Positions 38,776-53,016 of a stretch of 64,000 nt of DNA are shown one piece after another. The position numbers and the translations under genes are program-made. The notes under the pieces were generated by a model. It was not told the DNA's origin, did no database searches, and was given only the letters and a program-made list of their open reading frames with translations. This DNA comes from Casimicrobiaceae bacterium (lineage in GTDB: Bacteria > Pseudomonadota > Gammaproteobacteria > Burkholderiales > Casimicrobiaceae): NCBI GenBank assembly GCA_036375455.1, contig DASURV010000077.1:10367-74366 (forward strand), read 5' to 3'. Numbering within the stretch: position 1 is the first letter of the stretch; each line of letters begins with the position of its first letter.

Positions 38776-39531
38776 CTAGCGGCGCAGGAACGTCTCGATG
38801 CTGGTCGCGAGCGCGATCGGCGTCTCCTGCATCGGATAGTGGCCGGCGTTCGCCATCACCTCCAGTTCCGCATCGGGGTAGGTCTGCAGGTACGTCGCCT
38901 GCATCACGGCGGCGCCGAGCGCCGGATCGTGCTCGCCGACGATGACCTTGACCGGCAGCCGCAGGCCGTGGACCGAGGCGCTGAAATCGGTCTTCGCCCA
39001 TGCATGCAGGTACGCGGCGAACGCCTGGCGCGACGAGTGCGCGAGCGAATAGTCGACCATCCGCTGCAGCCAGGCGCGCGACAGGCGGTTGCCCGTCGTG
39101 TAATCGATGATCGCGTAGCGATTCTCGGGCTTGTCCGCCGCACCGCTGAAGAGCGCCCAGCCGGCTTCGTCGAAGGGCACGCCGGAGGCCGGCACCGGGG
39201 TCAGCGCCACCAGCTTGCGCACGCGCGAGCGTGCGATCGACAGCACGCGCTGCACGGCCATGCCCCCCATCGAGTGCCCGACCAGGCTGAACTGCGCAAG
39301 GCCCAGATCGTCGGCGAGCGCCAGCGCGTCGGCGGCGATCTCGTCGATCGTGTAGTCACCGGCGACATCGCGCATGCCGCCGTAGCCGCGATAGTCCATG
39401 AACACGTAGCGGAACTCGTCCGGGGACAGCGCCGTCTCCATCGGCGCGAACGAGTGCGCGTCACCGAACCAGCCGTGCAGCACCAGCACGCCGTGCGGGC
39501 CGTTGCCGACGACGTGGTGCGTGTTGGGCAT
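38776..39531 (-). CDS. Alpha/beta hydrolase
   Basis: LHGW, GHSMGG nucleophile, GEHD, AGHY. Confidence 0.9.
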   Translation of the reverse strand: MPNTHHVVGNGPHGVLVLHGWFGDAHSFAPMETALSPDEFRYVFMDYRGYGGMRDVAGDYTIDEIAADALALADDLGLAQFSLVGHSMGGMAVQRVLSIARSRVRKLVALTPVPASGVPFDEAGWALFSGAADKPENRYAIIDYTTGNRLSRAWLQRMVDYSLAHSSRQAFAAYLHAWAKTDFSASVHGLRLPVKVIVGEHDPALGAAVMQATYLQTYPDAELEVMANAGHYPMQETPIALATSIETFLRR

Positions 39532-39591
39532 CGAATTCTCCCGAGGAGTAGGTGCGCCGGGCCCGCCGCCGGGCGCACATGATAGCGTCCT

Positions 39592-40845
39592 TCACACGCG
39601 CGCCGGCAGATGCAGGAATCCCCTGAAGCGCGCACGCCCGCCGCGCATCGGCTCGCCCGCGAGCACGTAGTCGGGAAAGCGCGAAAGGAAGCGACCGATC
39701 GCCACGCGGCCCTCGAGGCGCGCCAGGTTCAGCCCGGCGCAGGTGTGGATGCCGAAGCCGAAGGCGACGTGGCGATTGGGCGAGCGTGCTACGTCGAGCC
39801 GGTCCGGGTCCGGGAAGCGGGCCGGGTCGCGATTGGCGGCGCCGATGCAGAGCGTGACGCGCGCGTGTTGCGGCAAGTCGACGCCGCCGACCGCGCAGGG
39901 CCGGGTCGAGATCCGGTTGCCGAGCTGGTTGGAGCTCTCGAAGCGCAGGAACTCCTCGACTGCGCAGTGAATGAGCGCGGGCCTCGCAAGCAACCGGGCA
40001 CGCTCGCCGGGCCACGTTGCCAGTGCGTGGAGCGCGTTGCCGATCAGGTTCGTCGTCGTCTCGTGGCCGGCGTTGAGCAGGAAGATGCACTGATGCAGCA
40101 GCTCGGTCTCCGAGAGGCGCTCCTCGTCGCCGTCACCCTCGATCAATCGTGTCAGCACGTCGGTATCGGGGTCGCGCGGATGGGCGCGGCGCTCCGCCAC
40201 CAGCGTGCGCAGGTAAGCGGACATCTCGACGACCGCGCGATTGCCGGCCGCGGCCCGCTCGGCGGTGAGCACCGGCTCGAGCGCGCCGAGGATCGCGAGC
40301 GACCAGCCGCGCAGCGGGCCGCGCTCGTCGTGCGGCACGCCGAGAAGGTTGCCGATGATCTCGACCGGAATCGCGCCCGCGAACGCGTCGATCAGGTCGA
40401 CACGGCTCCCGTCTGCCAGACGGTCGAGCAGGCGGTCGACGAGCGCGACGAGCCCGGGCTCCATCGCCGTGATGTGGCGTTGCGACAGCGCGCCGACGAT
40501 CGCGCGCCGCACGCGCGTATGGAGCGGCGGGTCGTTGAACACGAGGCTCGTCGTGTGATGCTCGTAGAGCGGCGTCGCGCCGTACTTCGGCCCGAACTCG
40601 CGCCTCTTGTCGGAGCTCCAGACCTTCGGGTCGCGGTACACGGCCACGATGTCGTCGTAGCGCGTGAGAAACCACGAACCGTCGGGCATCGCCTTGACGG
40701 GTGCGTGCTCGCGCAGTGCCCGGTAATACGGATACGGGTTCGCGTAGTAGTCGACCGGCGGGTCCGCGAGGTCGAAGTTCGCCGCGCGCTCCACGTCGCT
40801 CGCCGCGGACGCGCCGGCCGGCGTCGAGGCGTTCGGGACGCTCAT
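39592..40845 (-). CDS. Cytochrome P450
   Basis: DPPLHTR, AGHETT, EEFLR, FGFGIHTCAG heme ligand. Confidence 0.95.
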   Translation of the reverse strand: MSVPNASTPAGASAASDVERAANFDLADPPVDYYANPYPYYRALREHAPVKAMPDGSWFLTRYDDIVAVYRDPKVWSSDKRREFGPKYGATPLYEHHTTSLVFNDPPLHTRVRRAIVGALSQRHITAMEPGLVALVDRLLDRLADGSRVDLIDAFAGAIPVEIIGNLLGVPHDERGPLRGWSLAILGALEPVLTAERAAAGNRAVVEMSAYLRTLVAERRAHPRDPDTDVLTRLIEGDGDEERLSETELLHQCIFLLNAGHETTTNLIGNALHALATWPGERARLLARPALIHCAVEEFLRFESSNQLGNRISTRPCAVGGVDLPQHARVTLCIGAANRDPARFPDPDRLDVARSPNRHVAFGFGIHTCAGLNLARLEGRVAIGRFLSRFPDYVLAGEPMRGGRARFRGFLHLPARV

Positions 40846-40866
40846 CGGAGCGTGCGTCGATGCGCT

Positions 40867-41754
40867 TCAGGAAGCGTACGCGAATTCCACGGTCTCCCCT
40901 GGATCCTTCGCGTGCGCGTGGCCGAACGTGATATGGCCCCTGCCCCGCAGCACGAACTCCTCGCGCCGCAGCGGCATCTCCGGTTCACCCTCGATCGTGA
41001 GGAACGTGCCGTTCGAGCTGTGATCGACGAGCACGAACCGGTCGCGGCGCCGCTCGATGCGGGCGTGCATCCGCGACGCCATCCGGTCGGCGATCACGAG
41101 GTCGTTCTGCGCGTCGCGCCCGATCGACAGCGTCGCCTGCCCTTCGCCGAGGATGATTTCGCGGCCGCCATGGCGAACGGTGAGCCGCGCCGGCGCCGTG
41201 ACGAGCCGCGTCGACAGCGTCGTCAGGTCGTCGGCCGAATCCTGCCACAGCAGCTCGAACACGCTCATGTCGCGCAGCTTGCCCTTGACGGTGAGCACGG
41301 CGAGCTCGCGCGTGCGCGTGCGCAGCCACGGCGAGAGTCGCGCCGCCGTCTCCGCCGACGTGACGACCTGCGCGCCGTGCGCGACGCCGACGAGCCTCGC
41401 CGCGACATTGACCGAATCGCCGAAGACGTCGCCGTCGGATTCGAGCGTCGGTCCGAAATGGAATCCGACGCGAATCGCGAGCCGCTGCCCGCCGGACTGC
41501 GGCTGCGCGAAGACGCGCGCCTGCATGGCGGCCGCCGCCTGCGCGGCGTTGTCGGCCAGCGGAAACACGGCCATGACCTCGTCGCCGATCGTCTTCACGA
41601 CGCGCCCGGAGTTGCCCTCGCAGGCCTCGCGCACGAGCGCAAGGCACTGCCCGACCGTCGCCAGCGCGCGCTCGTCGCCGAGCGTTTCATAGAGGCGCGT
41701 GCTGCCGCTGACGTCGGCGAACAGGACCGCGAGCTCGGACGAGGCGGTGGGCAT
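40867..41754 (-). CDS. Class III adenylate/guanylate cyclase with C-terminal FHA domain
   Basis: FADVSGST, KTIGDEVM, DVFGDSVNVAARL; FHA GR...SRMHA...SSNGT. Confidence 0.92.
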   Translation of the reverse strand: MPTASSELAVLFADVSGSTRLYETLGDERALATVGQCLALVREACEGNSGRVVKTIGDEVMAVFPLADNAAQAAAAMQARVFAQPQSGGQRLAIRVGFHFGPTLESDGDVFGDSVNVAARLVGVAHGAQVVTSAETAARLSPWLRTRTRELAVLTVKGKLRDMSVFELLWQDSADDLTTLSTRLVTAPARLTVRHGGREIILGEGQATLSIGRDAQNDLVIADRMASRMHARIERRRDRFVLVDHSSNGTFLTIEGEPEMPLRREEFVLRGRGHITFGHAHAKDPGETVEFAYAS

Positions 41755-41950
41755 GCGTGGCATTGGTCCGGAGCGGGACGGCCCGCGCCGCAGGCCGCCA
41801 GTATAAGGTGCGGCACCTGCGGCGCCGCCGCGGCGCGCCGCACCGATCGTCGAGGCGAGGGTTCACGTTGACGGCTGCGTTGGCCGACCGGGGTAATCGT
41901 CGACTGGCGTAGGATGCGCCCCTTCGACGGAACTCTTGGAGGAGCTCGTC

Positions 41951-42916
41951 ATGCGGAACCTGCGGAACCTGATCGGTGTGCTGCTTGCCGTCTTCGCGCT
42001 GGGCGCTGCCGCCGACGACTATCCGTCGCGGCCGGTGAAGATCGTCGTGCCGTTCGCGGCGGGCGGCCCGGCCGACGTCTACGCGCGCTTTCTCGCGCAG
42101 CGGCTCCAGGAATCGATGGGGCAGCCCTTCGTGATCGAGGACCGCCCGGGCGGCGGCTCGGTCGTCGGCACCGAAATCGTCGCGAAGAGCGCGCCCGACG
42201 GCTATACGCTGCTGCTGATGTCGAACACGCATACGGTCAACGAGTCGCTGATGCCGAACAAGCCGTTTCAGCTGATGCGCGACTTCACGCCGATCGCGCC
42301 GATCAACTATTCGGACCTCGTGCTCGTCGTCAATCCCGCGGTGCCGGTGAAGACGCTGCCGGACCTGATCGCGCTCGCGAAGGCGCAGCCGGGCAAGCTC
42401 AATTACGCATCGTCGGGGCCCGGAACGCCCTATCACATGGCCGGAGAATTGTTCAAGGCGATGGCGGGCCTCGACATCGTGCACGTCCCCTACAAGGAGA
42501 GCTCGGGCGCGCGCACCGGCGTCCTCGGCGGCCAGGTGGAAATGATGTTCGACGCGGTGACGGTGATGAACGAGCACGTCAAGGCCGGCAAGGTGCGCGC
42601 GCTCGCGACGAGCGGCAATGTGCGCTCGAGCGTGATGCCGGACGTGCCCACGCTCGCCGAGGCCGGCGTTCCCGGCTACGAGGCGGTGATCTGGCTCGGT
42701 CTGATCGCACCGAAGAGCACGCCGCCCGCGATCGTGCAGCGCCTCAACGCGGAGGTGACGGAGATCGTCGCGCGTGCGGACGTGCAGGCGGAATGGGCGA
42801 AGCAGGGCGCCGTCGCGATGACGATGACGCCGGAGGCGTTCGGCCGCTTTCTCGCCGACGACATCGTCAAGTGGGAGCGCATCGTGAGGATCTCCGGCGC
42901 CCGGGCGGACCGGTGA
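41951..42916 (+). CDS. Bug/TctC tripartite tricarboxylate transporter substrate-binding protein
   Basis: YPSRPVKIVVPFAAGG, APDGYTLL, HVPYK, DVPTLAEAG. Confidence 0.93.
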   Translation: MRNLRNLIGVLLAVFALGAAADDYPSRPVKIVVPFAAGGPADVYARFLAQRLQESMGQPFVIEDRPGGGSVVGTEIVAKSAPDGYTLLLMSNTHTVNESLMPNKPFQLMRDFTPIAPINYSDLVLVVNPAVPVKTLPDLIALAKAQPGKLNYASSGPGTPYHMAGELFKAMAGLDIVHVPYKESSGARTGVLGGQVEMMFDAVTVMNEHVKAGKVRALATSGNVRSSVMPDVPTLAEAGVPGYEAVIWLGLIAPKSTPPAIVQRLNAEVTEIVARADVQAEWAKQGAVAMTMTPEAFGRFLADDIVKWERIVRISGARADR

Positions 42917-43632
42917 CGCCGCGGCACCGATCGCTCCATCTGCTTTCGGCCGGGGCGGCCCAGGGCCTCGTCGAAGCGCTGCAGCGTGCGTTCGAGGCCG
43001 AGGCCGGCGTCGAGGTGGCGGCGACGTTCGATGCGGCGGGCGCGATTCGCGACGCGCTCGTCGCCGACGCTCCCTGCGACGTCGTGATCCTCCCCGCGAC
43101 GATGCAGTCGACGCTCGCGGCGGAAGGCCGCGTCGACGGCGCGACGGTCCTGCCGCTGGGCGGCGTGCCAACCGGCATCGCGGTGGCGAGCGGCGACCGC
43201 CTGCCCGCGGTCGGGAACGCCGGCGAGTTGCGTGCGACGCTGCTCGCGGCCCCGGCACTCTATTGTCCCGACACCGTGCGGGCGACGGCCGGCATCCACT
43301 TCGCGGGCGTCCTGCGCGCCCTCGGGATCGACGAACGCTCGACGCCGAAGCTTCGCGCATTTCCGAACGGGGCGCGCGCGATGGCCGCACTCGCCGCGAC
43401 CGGCCCCCGTGGCGGGATCGGCTGCACGCAGGTGAGCGAGATCCTTCGCACGCCCGGCGTCGTGCCGGTCGCGCCGCTGCCCGCACCGTTCGAGCTCACG
43501 ACCGTCTATGCGATCGCCGTGTCGCGGAACGCCGACAATGCGGCGGCGGCGCGTGCGTTCGCCGCGCGCGTCACCGGCAGGGAGACGGAAGCCTTGCGCC
43601 GCGCGGGTGGATTCCTCGCGTCGTCAACCTGA
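42913..43632 (+). CDS. ModA-like substrate-binding domain protein
   Basis: LLSAGA, ATAGIHF, FPNGARAM, GCTQVSEI, LTTVY; GTGA overlap. Confidence 0.75.
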   Translation: MTPRHRSLHLLSAGAAQGLVEALQRAFEAEAGVEVAATFDAAGAIRDALVADAPCDVVILPATMQSTLAAEGRVDGATVLPLGGVPTGIAVASGDRLPAVGNAGELRATLLAAPALYCPDTVRATAGIHFAGVLRALGIDERSTPKLRAFPNGARAMAALAATGPRGGIGCTQVSEILRTPGVVPVAPLPAPFELTTVYAIAVSRNADNAAAARAFAARVTGRETEALRRAGGFLASST

Positions 43633-43759
43633 CCCGGCGCCGCGAGCGGCGCCACCGAGTCATCGACGAAACCGAAGGCCCGCATCCAAAACGGTGATTG
43701 GATTTGCCGGCGCGCACGCCGTATTGTGGCCGGTTCGGCGTTTTTTTCGGGGATCGAAG

Positions 43760-44869
43760 ATGCAGGCAAATGCTCCGGACGGCACGCGCAGGCCGGTGGG
43801 ACTGGCGCTGCAGGGCGGCGGCTCGTGGGGCGCCTATACGTGGGGCGTGCTCGACGCGCTGCTCGCGAGCCGCACGCTCGGCATTGCGCAATTCTCCGGC
43901 ACCAGCGCGGGCGCGATCAACGCGGCGATCGTCGCGAGCGCGCTCGCCACCGGCAACTCGGCCGATGCGCGCCGGTCGCTGCGCGCCTTCTGGACCGGCA
44001 TCGCCGATCCGGCGGTGTCGGATTTCGTCGGGCAGTTGTGGCGACCCGTCGAGCGGACGCTGCGCGCATCGGTCGGCGAGTGGTTCATGGCGGGTAGGCT
44101 GTCGCCGTACAACGTGAATCCGCTCGGCATCAATCCGCTGCGCGAAGCGATCGCCGCGCACGTCGACATCGAGGCCGTGCGAAGCCGCGCCGCACCCGCC
44201 GTCTTCGTGACGGTGACGAACGTGCGGACGGGATTGCCGCGCATCATCTCGAACGACGAGCTGACGATCGATGCGCTGCTCGCCTCGGCGTGCCTGCCGC
44301 ACCTCTTTCACGCCGTGGAGCTCGACGGCGAGCCGTACTGGGACGGCGGCTACAGCGGCAACCCGACGCTGTGGCCGATGATCCACGACACGACGGCGAA
44401 CGACGTCATCGTCGTGCAGCTCGCGCCCGACGCGGCCGACGAACTGCCCAAGGACGCGGCGGCGATACGCCGCCGGGTCGGCGAGATCGTGTTCAATTCC
44501 AGCCTGGTCGCCGAAATGCAGGCGATCGGCGCGATGCGCGCGCTCGCCGCACGCGCCGAGCGCCCGGCGAGCGTGGTCAACGTGCGGCTGCACCGGATCG
44601 GCCCGCCGCGCCGCGCGCTGTTCGAGCAGGGATCGTCGCTCGAGCGCTCGCGCGCATGGCTCGAGCTGTTGTTCGACGAGGGACGGCGGGCCGCGCGGCA
44701 GTTCCTCGATCGCAGCGGCGCCGACATCGGCACGCGCGAGACCCTCGACATCGCCCGCCTCTTCACCGACGGCCACAAGCCGAAGGTGCGCATGCTGGCC
44801 GAGGCGGAGCCGGCGGCCAACGACGACGACGCACAGAGCCCGGCGCGCGCCGCCGCAGCGGAAGGCTAG
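43760..44869 (+). CDS. Patatin-like phospholipase
   Basis: GGGSWG, GTSAG, DGG motifs. Confidence 0.92.
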   Translation: MQANAPDGTRRPVGLALQGGGSWGAYTWGVLDALLASRTLGIAQFSGTSAGAINAAIVASALATGNSADARRSLRAFWTGIADPAVSDFVGQLWRPVERTLRASVGEWFMAGRLSPYNVNPLGINPLREAIAAHVDIEAVRSRAAPAVFVTVTNVRTGLPRIISNDELTIDALLASACLPHLFHAVELDGEPYWDGGYSGNPTLWPMIHDTTANDVIVVQLAPDAADELPKDAAAIRRRVGEIVFNSSLVAEMQAIGAMRALAARAERPASVVNVRLHRIGPPRRALFEQGSSLERSRAWLELLFDEGRRAARQFLDRSGADIGTRETLDIARLFTDGHKPKVRMLAEAEPAANDDDAQSPARAAAAEG

Positions 44870-44880
44870 CCCGCGGTAGC

Positions 44881-45762
44881 CTACTGGCGCGGCAACTGCT
44901 GGCCGGTGAGCGCCTGCCGGATGTCGCGCAGCTTCGCCTTCACGCGCGATTCGTTGACCGGTCCCATCCGGATCATGATCTTCTGCCCGGCCGAGCGCTG
45001 CTCGAGCGCCGGGTCGGCGAACTCGTAGAGCACCTTCGGCTGGACGAGCTCGATCGGCGCCGGAACGTCGGGCGTCGCGAGCAGGTGATCGATCACCTCG
45101 ACGAGCCGGTCGTTGAAATAGCCGTGCGGATAGCCGAGGTCCTCGTACGCCTTCTGGAACAGCGGGTAGAAGCGCACGTACGTCTGCACCAGCTTGCGCG
45201 TGTCCGCCTGCTCCATCACGCGGATGTACGTCGCATAACGCGTCGCGTTGTCGGCGCGGAGCAGGATGCGGCCATCGTTGTGCGCGATCGCCACGCTGCC
45301 GCCGACCGGATTGACCGGCATCTTCTGCAGGGCGGCGGTCTGGCGCGGCAGATTGTCGATCGTCGCGACGAAGCGCGGCACGATCTGCTGCAGGTGGAAC
45401 ACGCGGTCGAGCGGCACGGCGGTGAAGAGCGCCGCCATTGCGTCCTGCAGCGCGGTGTCGCTCTCCTCGACGGCCGGCAGCGGCGCGGTCGGCTGCGCCG
45501 GCGCCTCGGTTGCGGCCTCGATCGGATACTTCGGCCCGTTGGAAGGCGGTGCGGTCGGCTGCGGCGCGGCGGCCTGCGGAGGCGGCAGCGTGACCGGCGC
45601 CGGCGCGTGCATGCCGCGCCAGACGAGGAACCCGGCGGCGACGACCGCGGCGACCATCAGGATCGGCCACAGGAAATTGCGGCGTCTCGTCGTCGCCTTG
45701 CGGCGGGGATCGATCGGACGCTCGAAATCCGGGTCCCGATCCAGGGGTTCAACGTGTTGCAT
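44881..45762 (-). CDS. DUF3014 family membrane-anchored protein
   Basis: N-terminal TM, Pro-rich linker, PLFQKAYEDLGYP, FNDRLVEVIDHLL, SAGQKIMIRMGP. Confidence 0.85.
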   Translation of the reverse strand: MQHVEPLDRDPDFERPIDPRRKATTRRRNFLWPILMVAAVVAAGFLVWRGMHAPAPVTLPPPQAAAPQPTAPPSNGPKYPIEAATEAPAQPTAPLPAVEESDTALQDAMAALFTAVPLDRVFHLQQIVPRFVATIDNLPRQTAALQKMPVNPVGGSVAIAHNDGRILLRADNATRYATYIRVMEQADTRKLVQTYVRFYPLFQKAYEDLGYPHGYFNDRLVEVIDHLLATPDVPAPIELVQPKVLYEFADPALEQRSAGQKIMIRMGPVNESRVKAKLRDIRQALTGQQLPRQ

Positions 45763-45891
45763 GCCCGACCTCCCTCGATGATGGCGCCGCGCGCCGCCAG
45801 GGCCTCCGCGGGCCGTCACGGACTCGCAGACGACCCTTCGACTAGGCTATTGTCGATCGGTTCGCAAGCCGCGTCGAGCGCAGGAGGACGC

Positions 45892-47511
<1,620 letters not shown>

Positions 47512-47609
47512 CGTCGTGGGGTCGCCCGGATATCGGGGCGCCGGGACAAAAAAACAAAACCGCCGGCCGAAAGGCAGGCGGCGAGGATTGCGGCAATTAT
47601 ACCGTCACG

Positions 47610-50292
<2,683 letters not shown>

Positions 50293-50353
50293 CTTCGCGA
50301 CCGTGGTCGCGCCGAGCGTCACGATGACGTCGGGACGCACGCGCGACATCGCG

Positions 50354-52453
50354 TCAGTGCAATTCGACGGCGCCGTCGCCGGGCCCGCGACCGGCGAGGC
50401 GGCTGCGCAGCGTCTTCTGCGCGCTGCGCTGCAGGCGTGCCCGCCACTGCGGCGTCATCGCGGCCGCCGTCGCGGCCTGCGCCCGGTAGGCCGATTTCGC
50501 GGCCGGCGTGGCCGCGCCGCTCGCACCGATCGAGCGGAACACCGCACCGAGCACGTCGGTGCGATTGACCGGATCGGCGTTCGTGCGAGCGAGCATCGCG
50601 GCGAATTCGCCCCCCGCACTTGCGAGCCCCTGGTAATCGCCGACGAACAGGCCCCCGTCGGTCATCGGCGCGAAATTGAAATCGAAGGGTCCCGCGACAT
50701 GACGTTCCGTCCATGTCGTGCCATCCTTCGACGTCGCGAGCCACGCATCGACGAGCAGCGTCGCGGGGTCGCCGGTGTCGTTGCGCATGTCGTAGTACAG
50801 CACGGCGATGACGCCGTCCGGGCGCACCGTCACGGCCGGAAGCAGCGCCTGCACGCCGGGCACGCGGTTCACCCGCACCGGCGGGCTCCACGTCGTCCCG
50901 CCGTCGACGGAGCGCGAGAGCGCGATGCCGTCGCGTGCGCCCCCCGAGAAGCGCGAGTCCTGCCATACGCCGACCAGGAGCCCGTTCGCGCCGCCCGCGA
51001 ACGACGCGAGGTTCGCGCCGTCGCGCAACGTCCGCGCGGGATCCTGCGGATCGTGCGTGCCGATCGCCTGCAGGTCGGACACGACGATCGGCGCGCTCCA
51101 GGTCGCGCCGCGATCGCCCGAGCGCACGAGCGCGAGGTGGGTCGTGACGGCGTCGTTGGGCGCGACGTCGAACTCGGTGAAGAAGTCGACCAGCGTGCCG
51201 GCGCCTGTCTCGGACCCGACGACGACGACCTGGTTGTTCAGCGTCTGGTTGCGCCCGCCCGGGTCGTAGATCGGGCGCGCGGCCTCCCAGCTTGCGCCGC
51301 CGCTCGTCGTGCGCGCGAAATAGCTCGGGCCGTGGCCATTCTGCTCGAGGCGGTCCCACGCCGCATACGCATGACCCGCCGCAACCGGATCGGCGACGAT
51401 CGATTCCTTGTCGTTGAACGCCGCGCTTGCGTCGGCGATCAGCGTCGCCGGCGCGCTCCAGCTGCGGCCGCCGTCGGTCGAGCGGCTTGCGAGCACCGCG
51501 CTCGACGATCCCGGCGCGAATGTCGCCCCGTCGAAGGCCACGGCAACCTGGTACGCGATGGCGTCGGCGCCGATCGTCACCCACGGATCGGTGGCTCGCG
51601 CGTAGTCGCCGCCGTTGGCCGCATGGCCTCCGGTGCAGCGCGAGAACGCCGCCTGCGTCACCGACCATGTCAACCCGCCGTCGAACGAGTAGCCGGTGCG
51701 AAGGCCCCGCGCGCCGCCGTTCGACCACCGGTCCTGCTGCCAGACGCCGATCAGGTGCGAAGGATTCTGCGGGTCGACCGCGATCTGCGGCTCGACTTCG
51801 GCGCCCGCGTATCCAACGCCCGTCTGCGGGGTCGCGTCGCAGCCCGGAGCGAACGGCGATGCTCCCGTGACCCGCACCTGCGAATCGCCGACGCTTGCGC
51901 GCGTCGTGCACATCGCCACGCCGAGCGGCCCGTAACCCTCGGGCACGTACCCGCGCGCGAGCATCGCGGCGCGCGTCGCAGCGTCCGCGGTGTAGCGGTG
52001 GTTGGAATCGGCCCGGTGATTCCACAGCCGGTACACGGGAGCGGTTCCCGCGGGACACGCGCCGCTCGCCGCATTCGGCAGCGCGATGTAGAACTCGGCG
52101 GCGGTCTCGTAGACATAGCCGCTGAAATTCGGATCGACCGGAATGCTCGCGAGCACGCTCGCGCATTCGGCCGGCGACGCGGACAGGAAATGCGAGTCGC
52201 CGTGCTCGGGGGGGATGTAGAAGCGGCAGACGGGGCTCGTCGCCGCACCGGGCGAGAGCGACCCGTCGAACGCGAGACCCGTCCGCGTCCACCCCGCGGT
52301 TCGACCGGAATCGAGCGCGTCGATCTCGTTGGCGAGCGGCGTGATGAAGTAATGGTCGAGCGCGGCGTGGTAGTACTCGACGACGGTTGCGGCGCGCGCC
52401 GCGGCGCACGCGACCAGCGCGAGACATCCGGCAGCGACGGCTGGAGGACGCAT
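50354..52453 (-). CDS. Secreted protein: DUF5648-like repeat domain plus BNR/Asp-box (sialidase-fold) beta-propeller
   Basis: Signal peptide; DHYFIT/SHFLS/NHRYT repeats; SxDGGxTW Asp boxes (SFDGGLTW, STDGGRSW, SGDRGATW, SVDGGTTW, SKDGTTW). Confidence 0.8.
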   Translation of the reverse strand: MRPPAVAAGCLALVACAAARAATVVEYYHAALDHYFITPLANEIDALDSGRTAGWTRTGLAFDGSLSPGAATSPVCRFYIPPEHGDSHFLSASPAECASVLASIPVDPNFSGYVYETAAEFYIALPNAASGACPAGTAPVYRLWNHRADSNHRYTADAATRAAMLARGYVPEGYGPLGVAMCTTRASVGDSQVRVTGASPFAPGCDATPQTGVGYAGAEVEPQIAVDPQNPSHLIGVWQQDRWSNGGARGLRTGYSFDGGLTWSVTQAAFSRCTGGHAANGGDYARATDPWVTIGADAIAYQVAVAFDGATFAPGSSSAVLASRSTDGGRSWSAPATLIADASAAFNDKESIVADPVAAGHAYAAWDRLEQNGHGPSYFARTTSGGASWEAARPIYDPGGRNQTLNNQVVVVGSETGAGTLVDFFTEFDVAPNDAVTTHLALVRSGDRGATWSAPIVVSDLQAIGTHDPQDPARTLRDGANLASFAGGANGLLVGVWQDSRFSGGARDGIALSRSVDGGTTWSPPVRVNRVPGVQALLPAVTVRPDGVIAVLYYDMRNDTGDPATLLVDAWLATSKDGTTWTERHVAGPFDFNFAPMTDGGLFVGDYQGLASAGGEFAAMLARTNADPVNRTDVLGAVFRSIGASGAATPAAKSAYRAQAATAAAMTPQWRARLQRSAQKTLRSRLAGRGPGDGAVELH

Positions 52454-52659
52454 GCGAGAACACTCCGAGAGGGCGGCGATGCGGCAGGCTCCGATCCGGG
52501 CGAGAGTTTACCGGCGTCTGCGCGCGAGTGCGGCGCGGGGCGAAGGGGTGCTGTCGCGACACGTCGTCGCGGGCGGCCAACGATGCGAATATTCCGTCGC
52601 CGCCGAGGCGGTGAAAGGTCCATGATCCTGCCGACGACCAACAGCGTGTAGTGCAGCGG

Positions 52660-52900
52660 GCGGGAAAGCGGCGATTTCGAGTGCTGTGCGCGGCACTCCC
52701 AACCGACAATGCGGGATCGCCGCCGCGCCGACGACCGGACGTCGGCCGCGGTCAGCAGTCGCGGGCACCCCGGCGGGGCAACTCGCCGGGGGCCGTGGCG
52801 AAATCCTCCTGAAGGCCGTTCGCCGTTGCCGGGGCCGGAAAACGGGCCCGCCGGGGCCGGCCGTCGGCGGAACGGCGCCCTGGCACGTTAAATCCTCCTG
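52660..52900. ncRNA. Candidate structured non-coding element (unassigned)
   Basis: Series of stems incl. GCAA-tetraloop hairpin 52768-52791 and two AAATCCTCCTG repeats; no known family recognised. Confidence 0.3.
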
Positions 52901-53016
52901 TCATCCCGGCGCGGCGACCGCCGGTGTTACGCCGAGATCAGGTCTCGCTCACGCCGGTCGGGCGGGGCGCGACGCAGGGCCGGCTCCCGGGATTGGCTGG
53001 CATTACAATCCGCCCC

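Noticed and set aside
40867-44869. Cyclase and patatin as Pycsar/CBASS defence
   Set aside because: Opposite strands, separated by transporter genes; cyclase has adenine-type residues and FHA; no CD-NTase; no compositional anomaly noticed
52881-52896. TGGCACG suggesting a sigma54 promoter
   Set aside because: The -12 position reads ATCC, not TTGC; conserved GC missing
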